Virus record (IMG/VR): IMGVR_UViG_3300026076_000002
From: a virus
Strand: one strand, 5' to 3'
DNA length: 64,000 nucleotides
In this document: positions 18,199 to 26,668 of the stretch, piece by piece
Layout: each line of letters opens with the position of its first letter
Position numbering within the stretch: the first letter of the stretch is position 1
The notes under the pieces: model-generated
What the model was told of the DNA's origin: nothing
Databases searched by the model: none
The model's input: only the letters and a program-made list of their open reading frames with translations
Position numbers and translations under genes: made by a program

Positions 18199-18253
18199 AC
18201 CAGTTGGGAAAGTGTCCACTATTACCCCACAATACCCTAGAATCGGTTATTAT
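18199..18253 (+). promoter_or_regulatory. Palindromic early-promoter cassette followed by 5' hairpin
   Basis: ACCAGTT-ggga-AAGTGTCCAC, 28 nt, TATTAT. Then a TCGG..GG-AAA-CC..CCGA stem at about 18260-18282. Confidence 0.65.
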
Positions 18254-18308
18254 AAGTATATCGGGGAGGGAAACCAAACCGAGAGTCCTTAAACCAATTA
18301 GATTCTAC

Positions 18309-18539
18309 ATGAAACTAACTCCAATAGCAGCAAACCAAACTGAGTTAACACTAAACAACGGTACACAAGTTTTCTTCAGTTATAAAACCCCAGTTGCCGC
18401 TTATGACTCCGTTTCTGGCAAGTTTTTAAGAACTTCTTACAAATGGTCAGTAACAACTAGCAGACATATTAACAAGTGGTTAGATACAAGAATTGCTGAG
18501 AATGTTGACCAAAGTGTATTAGATTCACTGGTCAATTAG
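18309..18539 (+). CDS. Conserved small phage protein (FSYKTPVA...SVTTSRHINKWL family)
   Basis: Recognisable widespread phage motif. True start is probably ATG 18309, because the ORF-track extension crosses the promoter. Confidence 0.8.
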   Translation: MKLTPIAANQTELTLNNGTQVFFSYKTPVAAYDSVSGKFLRTSYKWSVTTSRHINKWLDTRIAENVDQSVLDSLVN

Positions 18540-18560
18540 TATTCTTGACTAACAACTGAA

Positions 18561-18586
18561 TACCCCTAATCCTAGGGGTATTTTTA
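18561..18586 (+). terminator. Rho-independent terminator
   Basis: TACCCCTA-atcc-TAGGGGTA-TTTTT. Confidence 0.75.
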
Positions 18587-18811
18587 TACCCAAAATTATT
18601 AATCCCTTCACTAAGTAACAATCAATGAAAACAGTTAAATTAACAGATATACAACACAATCTTCTCTTAGATGTTATATCAACGGTTGCAAGTTTGGATC
18701 TTGATAATAACTATGAGGGAACAGAATTTGATGGACAATTTAATACTTTATGGGATGCAGTTATAGCAGCAAACTAACATTTAAACCCACCCAATTACCC
18801 CACTAATTATT

Positions 18812-19114
18812 ATGACTTCCATGCCAAACTATCTCTACAAAAATGATATTAACCGAGAGATATTAGAGGATACATTGTTATCAGTTTGTATGAAAAATGA
18901 GGGTATCTTAGATATGTGCATTAACCACTTAGTTAATACACTAAGTGATAACGAGGTTGAAAGATGGGATGAGTTAGTATCAACTAACTTTTGGGATATT
19001 TACGAAGAAAAATGTGTCAAACGCCATGCTAATCCTGTGGCAATAGATCATAACAAACCAGTTGATATTGTACCTGAGTTTGATACACCTTTAGCAGAAC
19101 AATACGGAGGATAA
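18812..19114 (+). CDS. Early hypothetical protein
   Basis: Shares its helical core with the 15366 and 17350 ORFs. Confidence 0.7.
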   Translation: MTSMPNYLYKNDINREILEDTLLSVCMKNEGILDMCINHLVNTLSDNEVERWDELVSTNFWDIYEEKCVKRHANPVAIDHNKPVDIVPEFDTPLAEQYGG

Positions 19115-19118
19115 AGTA

Positions 19119-19376
19119 ATGCAAATTAAACCCACAATTACATCCCAATTATGTATAGATTACTACCCAATCTGTGACATAAATGGTACAGTTAACAAGG
19201 ATTACAAGAGAAGAGTAATAAGATTAAAAGGCAACATTATCAAAGATGTATTAATTAGCATCACAAAATACTCTTATCAGTTATTAGATTACACCGAGAA
19301 TCACAATTACGTTGTAACTAATCAAAACAGATTACCCCAGTATTATTCATTTAATGAGGACACAATCTATGCCTAA
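19119..19376 (+). CDS. Early hypothetical protein (IDYYP family)
   Basis: GGAGG SD; paralogue of 16078. Confidence 0.7.
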   Translation: MQIKPTITSQLCIDYYPICDINGTVNKDYKRRVIRLKGNIIKDVLISITKYSYQLLDYTENHNYVVTNQNRLPQYYSFNEDTIYA

Positions 19377-19542
19377 AGTATCAACAACTATGCAACCCCT
19401 AAGTAACACCGAGTATCAAGCATTACTCGACATTTATAACAACAATGTCCCTAATGATTTCTATGCCTACAATGATACTTATTATCAAATGTTTGGCAGC
19501 GAAGGTGTTAGTGGAGCAACTCTAATCTCCCGCTTTAATTAA
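19369..19542 (+). CDS. Small hypothetical early protein
   Basis: GAGGA SD upstream of ATG 19369, in frame with ORF-track ORF 19354-19542. Confidence 0.55.
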   Translation: MPKVSTTMQPLSNTEYQALLDIYNNNVPNDFYAYNDTYYQMFGSEGVSGATLISRFN

Positions 19543-19868
19543 CAATGACTAGACAAACAATTACTGTTAATCAGTACGAACAATTACAAAAACAATTTAA
19601 CTTTCAAGATCAACAATATGGATCTGTTAATTGTTATCATTCTCCAAAGTATTACAACAACCCTTTATACTTTGATCCACTATCTTATGAGGTTATTTAA
19701 CAATGAAAGAACGACTAATTCTCGTGACTGATTGTAACATAAAGGATGCAATCGGTCTATGGTATACTAACAAGTATTCCACACTAATTGATAAGATAAG
19801 TAATACTTTTGACCAAGAGATTACACATCTTTCATTAACACATAACACACTACATTCTCTGACCAGTT

Positions 19869-20132
19869 ATGTATAACAATCTACCCCTAAATTCTGAACA
19901 GTTAGATACACTTAAGGATGATTTTGTTGCTCTACAAATTGATAACATGGATATGCAATGTTTGATTGAGTTAGCATCAGATTATCTCTACAATTCGTAT
20001 CATAGATTAACACAAACTGACATGAAAGAACGTATTGAATGTTTATACTCAGAGGAGACATATTTAGAAATGGTTGATAACATTTTATCAGACCAATCTG
20101 ACCAGTACAAACTAATCCCTACTCGCTACTAA
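19869..20132 (+). CDS. Acidic helical early protein (paralogue of 15109)
   Basis: See 15109. Confidence 0.7.
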   Translation: MYNNLPLNSEQLDTLKDDFVALQIDNMDMQCLIELASDYLYNSYHRLTQTDMKERIECLYSEETYLEMVDNILSDQSDQYKLIPTRY

Positions 20133-20137
20133 TTACA

Positions 20138-20308
20138 ATGAACAAATTAACATTTTTATCATCACAATCTTCAGATGAAATGTATGAAGCGGATTTTGAA
20201 TATGACCCCACTAAGTATCACTTAGAGGAAGAACAGTTCTTATCAGATAGTGGTGGGATTACAGAACAAATTGATAGTGAAACAATGCAAATCTTAAGAC
20301 AATGGTGA
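20138..20308 (+). CDS. Small acidic protein (56 aa)
   Basis: Hand translation ...DEMYEADFEYDPTKYHLEEEQFLSDSGGITEQIDSETMQILRQW. Confidence 0.55.
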   Translation: MNKLTFLSSQSSDEMYEADFEYDPTKYHLEEEQFLSDSGGITEQIDSETMQILRQW

Positions 20309-20672
20309 TAACAATGCGACTTAAATTAATGTTTAAATTAATATACTTAGTCTTTCTATTAAGTATGATAAGTATTAATTATGTGACGTAATAAGGTGTT
20401 CAGTTATTGTTACCTAAGACTGCACAATATCGTCAAAATGTCAACAACAAGTGTGCAAATCCTCGTGTATACTTATGGGGAGTAATTGCTGCCCCTTTAA
20501 AGACAATTAGTCCACAAACCAGTTACTAACAACAATTATGACAATCGAACAGGCATTTGAGTTACTTTGGGATGCACAATCTGGCACAGAATTGTTATAC
20601 AATCTCGACATAATTGTCGATGAACTTAACAATTAAGTGAGGTAAATTAGCAGTCCTTCGTTAACAACAACT

Positions 20673-20726
20673 GTGTAACACTAAGTATCACTCAGGCTTG
20701 ACAGTCTGGGTGAATAGTGTTATACT
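20673..20726 (+). promoter_or_regulatory. Sigma70 promoter embedded in a long inverted repeat
   Basis: TTGACA (20698-20703), 17 nt, TATACT (20721-20726). Arms are GTGTAACACTA/TAGTGTTATAC and TCACTCAGGCT/AGTCTGGGTGA. Confidence 0.8.
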
Positions 20727-20822
20727 TATGACAGTTAATTTGTGATCTTCGATGATATTTTGTGGCGGTGCGTATATTAAAAAAGTACCTTCTTTCTAAC
20801 CTACAAACGTTCCCAAACGACC

Positions 20823-20830
20823 TATAAATA
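20823..20830 (+). promoter_or_regulatory. T4 late promoter (TATAAATA)
   Basis: Perfect gp55-type consensus 33 nt before the radical SAM ATG. Confidence 0.75.
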
Positions 20831-20863
20831 TTAAAAATCTTGAAAATTTTTTTGGTATAAAAA

Positions 20864-22234
20864 ATGAAGATAGGGGGAAATGATATATGTATGAGTCCAT
20901 TTAGCGGGCTGACCATAGGTCCTAGGGGAGATATCCAGTTATGCTGTATGGCTTCGAGGTATTCATTAGGTAAACTACAAGAAGTAGACGATCTGGAAGA
21001 GTTTTACAATAGTTCTCCACAGCTTGTGGAAATCAGGCGGTTGTTTTCCACAGGGCAGTATGGAACGTTTGAACCATGTACTGAAGCATGTTACCATAAG
21101 GAGATGGCAGGTGATACAGGGATAGTAAAGGTAATACAGGAGACAGAGGCAACAAAACTTACTTATTTTAAAGAGGACTTTGAAAAAATTGCCTGTGGAA
21201 AAAAAGTCCCTATAAGATTTTTAGAGGTAACTACGAGTAATCAGTGTCAGGCATCATGTACTATGTGTAGTAGTGAGTTCAGTAGTAAGTGGGCAGAGAT
21301 AGAGGAAGAGAATAATAATAGTGCTAGGTGGAAATTCTTTAGAGGACATGAAAATCAAGGTCTACTAAGAATAGACGATCCTGAGATAGAGAAGATAGTA
21401 AAGGTAATACCAGAGTTAACACAATTTTGTTTAAAGGGAGGAGAACCCTTTGCAGATATTAGAAACATCTACTTACTGGAGAAGTTTGCAGAGTTAAATG
21501 AGAACAATGCTCAGATAGACATAACAACTAATGCTGGAATACTTACAGATGAAGAGTTTAAGATTATTGAGAAGGTAATAAAGAAAGGATGTCATATTAA
21601 AGTTATGTGTAGTATAGACAACGTTGGAAAGATATATGAGTATATTAGGAGTATACCTTTTGAAAGAAGTATTCAGAATGTAAAGAGATTACATGCAGTT
21701 GGATGCCAAGTAGATATCTATTTGACACATAGTACATGGAACTGGTTTAACTTTGGTGACTTCTTAGAGTATATGGTAGAACATAAAGCATGGGAATGGT
21801 TAGATTGGATAAATGCTTTCAATGTGGTATGGAATGGTCCCGTGGAATCTGACCCACGTATACTGTCTGAAGAGTTGTTCCAAGAAGGTAAGAGAAAGTC
21901 ACTTGCTGCTGTGGAAAAGTATGGAAAGATACTATGGGATAATGCATGCTTCAATCCAGTTGATACTAAGAATGCAATTGAGAATAAGTTATATAAACCT
22001 TATACCGACAGTGCTAAGATGTTTATGGGACAACATTGGATATTCAAAGAGTATGTTGATATGATGAAGAAGAACAGGATGCATGATATATTAGGACTTG
22101 TGCCTGAACTTAAAGACTATTACTTCTATGGTAGGAATATTGAAGATAAGGAATGGCATTTGCCGAATGACAATATTTTATACTTTGATAAGGATGGTAA
22201 GGCGAAAGAGAAACCAGCTGAGTGGAATACTTAA
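20864..22234 (+). CDS. Radical SAM protein with N-terminal SPASM/twitch-like Cys cluster
   Basis: CQASCTMC (CxxxCxxC), KGGEPF, TTNA and SIDN; N-terminal C..PF...CC...C...C. Confidence 0.88.
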   Translation: MKIGGNDICMSPFSGLTIGPRGDIQLCCMASRYSLGKLQEVDDLEEFYNSSPQLVEIRRLFSTGQYGTFEPCTEACYHKEMAGDTGIVKVIQETEATKLTYFKEDFEKIACGKKVPIRFLEVTTSNQCQASCTMCSSEFSSKWAEIEEENNNSARWKFFRGHENQGLLRIDDPEIEKIVKVIPELTQFCLKGGEPFADIRNIYLLEKFAELNENNAQIDITTNAGILTDEEFKIIEKVIKKGCHIKVMCSIDNVGKIYEYIRSIPFERSIQNVKRLHAVGCQVDIYLTHSTWNWFNFGDFLEYMVEHKAWEWLDWINAFNVVWNGPVESDPRILSEELFQEGKRKSLAAVEKYGKILWDNACFNPVDTKNAIENKLYKPYTDSAKMFMGQHWIFKEYVDMMKKNRMHDILGLVPELKDYYFYGRNIEDKEWHLPNDNILYFDKDGKAKEKPAEWNT

Positions 22235-23391
22235 GACTTACGTTCGTCTTGATAATATCCAGAAGTCATATCTTGTTCTTTAGTTCCATCTCCCACTGTT
22301 CCACCAACATTTCCTACGGTTGATATAGTACCGTATGACCCTCTGGTTGTTCTCTCTGATACTATACCGTATGTACCATCTTCTTTAATAGCATAATCGT
22401 TATTGTTAACGTGTTCTATTGGGTCTGATTTATCTTTCTTTTGCCAACACCAAAAATAGTGATGCCCTCCTTTTGACATCCAACTGGCATTCTTTACACC
22501 ATTAGACTCTGAGAATTTTTTAGAAACACTCATCAGTATTGGAGACATTACACTCATCTCTGGATGACCTTGATGTTCACAGTATTGGAAGTCGTGATAC
22601 CATTTCTGTTTAAATCCAAATGCCTGTCTTTTGATTTCTAATGCTTGTCTACACTCCTCGGACGATAAGTTCTTAAATCCAGGATTACATTTACCTTCTT
22701 CAGTTAAAGGTAAACGACATGCAAACTGCTGTAAACGTCTCATTGAAGAACGAAAATAAACCCTCCCTCCTGGTTTAAGTATTCTGAATATCTCACCAAA
22801 TATTATCTGTCTAAATCGTCTTCTAAAGGTTTGACCACCCATACACAATACCACATCGGCAGAATTATCTTTTAAGGTTGTCTGAGCAAAGGATGTTTGT
22901 ATGTCTACTCCTGGGTATGGTTCAATATCAATAGCACATAAGTTTGGTATGTATCTCTTATATGGATTAGTAGCACATGCTAAGTCTACTACTAGGTCAT
23001 TCTCTGTTTTATTAACGTCTCTAATCATATTCCAACCACTTTGAACAAATCTGTCTACTATCTTGTCATTTAGTTCATCTAATGTAATAGTTTCTCCTCG
23101 CATTGCTGCTAATACATTATAAGGTAAATATCCACCCTTTATAAATTCCTCAAGCATTTCTGGTGAAATCTTTGTAAAATCACCTTGGGCACAGTATTCT
23201 GTCCAACGTCTTTGTGCATGATCTACCCTTCTTTGAACAAATCGTTCTACATCTTCTTGTATAAACTCAGAAAAGTCGGTGCGAACCTCTACTGGTTCAC
23301 AAGGATCTGCCTTTAACTTCTGAATAGGAGTTCTATTAGGTAAAGGTGTTGCATTTTGATGATATGTTGGACTCATTTTTCCACCGTCCAT
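22231..23391 (-). CDS. Class I SAM-dependent methyltransferase
   Basis: VVDLACATN, SADVVLC and EIFRILKPGG. Confidence 0.78.
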   Translation of the reverse strand: MDGGKMSPTYHQNATPLPNRTPIQKLKADPCEPVEVRTDFSEFIQEDVERFVQRRVDHAQRRWTEYCAQGDFTKISPEMLEEFIKGGYLPYNVLAAMRGETITLDELNDKIVDRFVQSGWNMIRDVNKTENDLVVDLACATNPYKRYIPNLCAIDIEPYPGVDIQTSFAQTTLKDNSADVVLCMGGQTFRRRFRQIIFGEIFRILKPGGRVYFRSSMRRLQQFACRLPLTEEGKCNPGFKNLSSEECRQALEIKRQAFGFKQKWYHDFQYCEHQGHPEMSVMSPILMSVSKKFSESNGVKNASWMSKGGHHYFWCWQKKDKSDPIEHVNNNDYAIKEDGTYGIVSERTTRGSYGTISTVGNVGGTVGDGTKEQDMTSGYYQDERKS

Positions 23392-24170
23392 GTCCAGAAA
23401 TAGTGCTGTCTTGGAAATTTATTTAACTTATGCTTGTTGTTTTCCACATAGTAACTGCTGCTACCATCAAACTCATCCATATCTAATGCATTACCTTCTA
23501 CATATAACCCTTCTTCTAGTGGCGTTCTTATTTTAAATCCAAATGCTTCACCCATTTTCTCTGGTAATGGGGTATCATTCTCTAATGTAATGGCAGTTAT
23601 TACTGGATGCTTTGCTTGTTCTTCTTCATTCATCGTGCAAAGTCTATGCATACTTCTTTCATTCATATACTTTTTCTTTAATTTACGGAATTTTTGCTTT
23701 GGAGTTCTACAATATATGACTGCACCGTTCTTAGCAATACGTCTTACTTCAGTTAATGAAGCCTTATTATTAATAAATCTGAAGAATTGACCTGTTAAAC
23801 ACAATATTACATCAGCACAATCGTCTACGAAAGGAGTATGGGCAAAATCTGCCTGTACATCTATATCTTTATAAGGTAAAACGTCTGCACCTACACAATT
23901 TTTTATATACTGCACATAAGGATTAAACCCACAACCCAAGTCTATGACTAGATCCTTGTTCATTGAATTGACTTCCTCACACAATTTCATGCCAGTTTGG
24001 TCAAATCTGTCTATAACTTCCTTTGCATCATATGGTGCATTAACATTATCACCATATTGATATATTGCTTGTTTTACGGATTGGTCTGTTCTTATGTTTT
24101 TTGCAAGTAAAGCACCATTCTCATTTGTCCCATCAATCTTATCGGGGTCAATATACCATGGTAAACTCAT
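23373..24170 (-). CDS. Class I SAM-dependent methyltransferase (tandem paralogue)
   Basis: VIDLGCGFN, CADVILC and EVRRIAKNGA. Shares DRF.Q.G, NPY and HYFW.W with its neighbour. Confidence 0.8.
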   Translation of the reverse strand: MSLPWYIDPDKIDGTNENGALLAKNIRTDQSVKQAIYQYGDNVNAPYDAKEVIDRFDQTGMKLCEEVNSMNKDLVIDLGCGFNPYVQYIKNCVGADVLPYKDIDVQADFAHTPFVDDCADVILCLTGQFFRFINNKASLTEVRRIAKNGAVIYCRTPKQKFRKLKKKYMNERSMHRLCTMNEEEQAKHPVITAITLENDTPLPEKMGEAFGFKIRTPLEEGLYVEGNALDMDEFDGSSSYYVENNKHKLNKFPRQHYFWTWTVEK

Positions 24171-24316
24171 TTAACTACCTCAACTGCTATGGGTTTTGAT
24201 AAAAAGTCAGTTATTCTAATTATACCATAGGCAGTAAATACCTGCGGTATTATAAATGCAACCATTGCTACTACCCAGAACAAGTAATAGTAGTTCTCTT
24301 TATTTTGTGTTCGCAT
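24167..24316 (-). CDS. Small membrane protein (49 aa)
   Basis: Hand translation MRTQNKENYYYLFWVVAMVAFIIPQVFTAYGIIRITDFLSKPIAVEVVK; ATGA overlap with the next gene. Confidence 0.7.
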   Translation of the reverse strand: MRTQNKENYYYLFWVVAMVAFIIPQVFTAYGIIRITDFLSKPIAVEVVK

Positions 24317-24336
24317 GAACATGACGAATCTTTTTT

Positions 24337-24344
24337 TATTTATA
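24337..24344 (-). promoter_or_regulatory. T4 late promoter (TATAAATA) on minus strand
   Basis: TATTTATA on the + strand, just upstream of the membrane protein/MTase operon. Confidence 0.7.
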
Positions 24345-25332
24345 GGTAAATATGTTCACCCCAACCCTTTGGTAGACTACCAAATTCCTCTTCCCATTCA
24401 TCATATACAAATTGCAACTTTTCCTTAATTATAGCATAGAATTCTGGTGTCATTGATTCACGTTCTGAGTGCCATTGATCTCTTAAACCAGGAATTTTAG
24501 GTGAATTTACACCCATTTCTGGCCAATAACAGTTAGAGTGAAGTTTTTTAATCTCATAATCTAAGAAATTTGATAAAGGTTCGGTTTTACCATCCCAAAA
24601 TTCTTCCATTACGGTAGCATGTGTAGGAAAATACTTCTTCCATTTCCTATAATGCTTAACATATTCGCAATCTTCAAATGAACGGACATCTTGACAAGCA
24701 ATAACCTTATCAAGTTCAGCAATTAAGTATTTCATAGCGTTTGGATAGACTCTTCCATGGTGAAGTCTGTAGTATCTGGTCTGAAATTCTGAAAAAACCC
24801 GTCTAACTGGGTCTCTAAAAATCAATGATACCTTAGTATCAAACCATTCATCTAAAAATGGTTTAAATTTTTTGATTTTTTCCTCCGATAAATGGAAATT
24901 TGAATTAGAAAAGTCAGCAACTGCCTTATAATTACTACAATGTTGTAATTCTAACCAGTGATTTCTATAAAAATGGCAATATTTTTGAATTGTAAAGGGA
25001 GGAGTCATCCAATTTATCTTTTCTTCCTCAGTAAGTTTCATAAATGGGGAGTGAACACCCACAATTACCTTTTTATTACAATCAACCCAATACTTATTGT
25101 TAGTTTTTTCTTCTATTTTTGGAGTTGAAATCTCTTTTTTGTACTTATCCAAATAATATTGCTTCGGAGGACCATCTATGAACCTCAAATATTCAGATTC
25201 TTTCCAATAACCAGGATGGCAGTACTCATTTTGAATCGCTAAAGTACACATTAGGGGAGTTGTAGCACTCCAACCTGTACCTGCTGCTATAAGAAGACTG
25301 GGAGTCTTATTAGTATAACGATTTTTATTCAT
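24340..25332 (-). CDS. Sulfotransferase-fold protein (family A, paralogue 2)
   Basis: GTGWSATT, YCH.G..KE, AVADFSN, FRDPVRRVFSE, MEE.W and LRDQW are shared with 6063-7211. Confidence 0.65.
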   Translation of the reverse strand: MNKNRYTNKTPSLLIAAGTGWSATTPLMCTLAIQNEYCHPGYWKESEYLRFIDGPPKQYYLDKYKKEISTPKIEEKTNNKYWVDCNKKVIVGVHSPFMKLTEEEKINWMTPPFTIQKYCHFYRNHWLELQHCSNYKAVADFSNSNFHLSEEKIKKFKPFLDEWFDTKVSLIFRDPVRRVFSEFQTRYYRLHHGRVYPNAMKYLIAELDKVIACQDVRSFEDCEYVKHYRKWKKYFPTHATVMEEFWDGKTEPLSNFLDYEIKKLHSNCYWPEMGVNSPKIPGLRDQWHSERESMTPEFYAIIKEKLQFVYDEWEEEFGSLPKGWGEHIYL

Positions 25333-25347
25333 TTAAGGTAACCATTG

Positions 25348-26667
25348 TTACGAATCTTTTTTATTCTTTATATAACTGAAGTCTCCCTTTTCTCCTTTTC
25401 TCTTGAGATCGCTTGTGATGCAATGTAATCCACCATCCCAGAAATATCTATGTCTGAAATTGATAACATGGGGTGTAACATTATACTCATCGAACTTTTT
25501 GAACAGTGCTTCATTGTAATTATTGCAAATTACGTTATTTTCGTCAATGACTAACATGTTTACATCAAAAACTGACTCTGCTGCATAATTTACCCAGTCA
25601 TTCATCCAAGAATCTATAAATTCTTCCAATTCTTTGTTGTTTTCTTCACCTTCTATCCACCATCTGCCTCTATTTTTGTTTTTAATGTTTCTCCATCCTT
25701 CCATTTTATCCCAATGTGGGTCAACTTTGACAATATCCCAACCTGGAAAGTAATTAGGAGTTTCTACGGTGTTAACTGCTGCAAGAAGACCAGGTTTTAT
25801 TGGATGCATACCCCCATCACAGTGTCCTGGTTCGTCCATAACGTGAATATTGTAATCTGGGAAGATTTTTTCCCACCTTTTTACACAATGATCTCTATTC
25901 ATGTAATTAACTATGTTAACTAGACTGAAATATAGGTCTTTTCCCATTCTCCACATGGTTGCACTGTTAATATACTTGTCATAAACCTTCTCTACACCAT
26001 TATCGTCACACCATTTACGAACAGGGTTCCAAACGTCATAGAAAAGGTCTCTGTCAACCCTATTATTAGATCCTATAGTGTTTCTTTCAGCAGCAAGTAT
26101 CAATTTCTTTGCAGCTTCTAGATCTAAATGTGCTAGGAAACTTTGTCCGTTCAATAATATGTCATCTTTCCAGTTTTCTCTTATTTCATCCAAAGATCCC
26201 TTGAGGTCATGAGGTCTACCAGGTTGCATAGCGTCCAAAATGAACTTTGCCATGACTTGTTCATCATGTAGTCGTTCAGGAGTTTTATCCCAGTCGCCAA
26301 ACATACCAAAATGGAGACCTTCTATATTATTGGGGTTGCAAAAGTCAGGTCCAGGCATAAAAAAGCGATCTCCCACCATTGCAGTGAAATCTCTTGGTTG
26401 CATGGGTGGACAAACCCTGCATAAATCGTTTTTATCCTTTGCCCTATCGTAATAGTCCTCATATGAACCAACATCCATCCTTACGATTTCTACATTAAAC
26501 TCTTCTAACTTAGATATGATCTTTTGGTAGTCTTCTTCTGTTTCTATTGCTATCTTTTCAAATGTATTACGTATTTTTGGGTTCTCTATATAACTATAGA
26601 ACTCAGGACTATAGGATTTTCCGACTAAGCAAGCTTCGAGAGGATCCCAATGTTGATGTACCGACAT
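25348..26667 (-). CDS. Amidinotransferase (glycine/inosamine amidinotransferase-like)
   Basis: HWDPLEACLVG, PMQPRD, GHCDG (catalytic His), FDVNML and WDGGLHCIT (catalytic Cys). Confidence 0.85.
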   Translation of the reverse strand: MSVHQHWDPLEACLVGKSYSPEFYSYIENPKIRNTFEKIAIETEEDYQKIISKLEEFNVEIVRMDVGSYEDYYDRAKDKNDLCRVCPPMQPRDFTAMVGDRFFMPGPDFCNPNNIEGLHFGMFGDWDKTPERLHDEQVMAKFILDAMQPGRPHDLKGSLDEIRENWKDDILLNGQSFLAHLDLEAAKKLILAAERNTIGSNNRVDRDLFYDVWNPVRKWCDDNGVEKVYDKYINSATMWRMGKDLYFSLVNIVNYMNRDHCVKRWEKIFPDYNIHVMDEPGHCDGGMHPIKPGLLAAVNTVETPNYFPGWDIVKVDPHWDKMEGWRNIKNKNRGRWWIEGEENNKELEEFIDSWMNDWVNYAAESVFDVNMLVIDENNVICNNYNEALFKKFDEYNVTPHVINFRHRYFWDGGLHCITSDLKRKGEKGDFSYIKNKKDS

Positions 26668-26668
26668 T

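Noticed and set aside
12601-18253. CRISPR-like array suggested by recurring palindromic repeats
   Set aside because: The repeats are degenerate, hundreds to thousands of bp apart, separated by genes and followed by -10 boxes. No cas genes.
18168-18308. 47-aa N-terminal extension of ORF 18168-18539
   Set aside because: It runs through the promoter cassette and 5' hairpin; the conserved protein begins at ATG 18309.
20414-20445. Minus-strand sigma70 promoter (TTGACA at about 20439-20444)
   Set aside because: No convincing -10 hexamer at 16-18 nt spacing and no downstream minus-strand ORF.
20692-20916. Minus-strand 74-aa ORF across the putative origin
   Set aside because: Overlaps the radical SAM start, two promoters and A/T tracts; composition is not protein-like.
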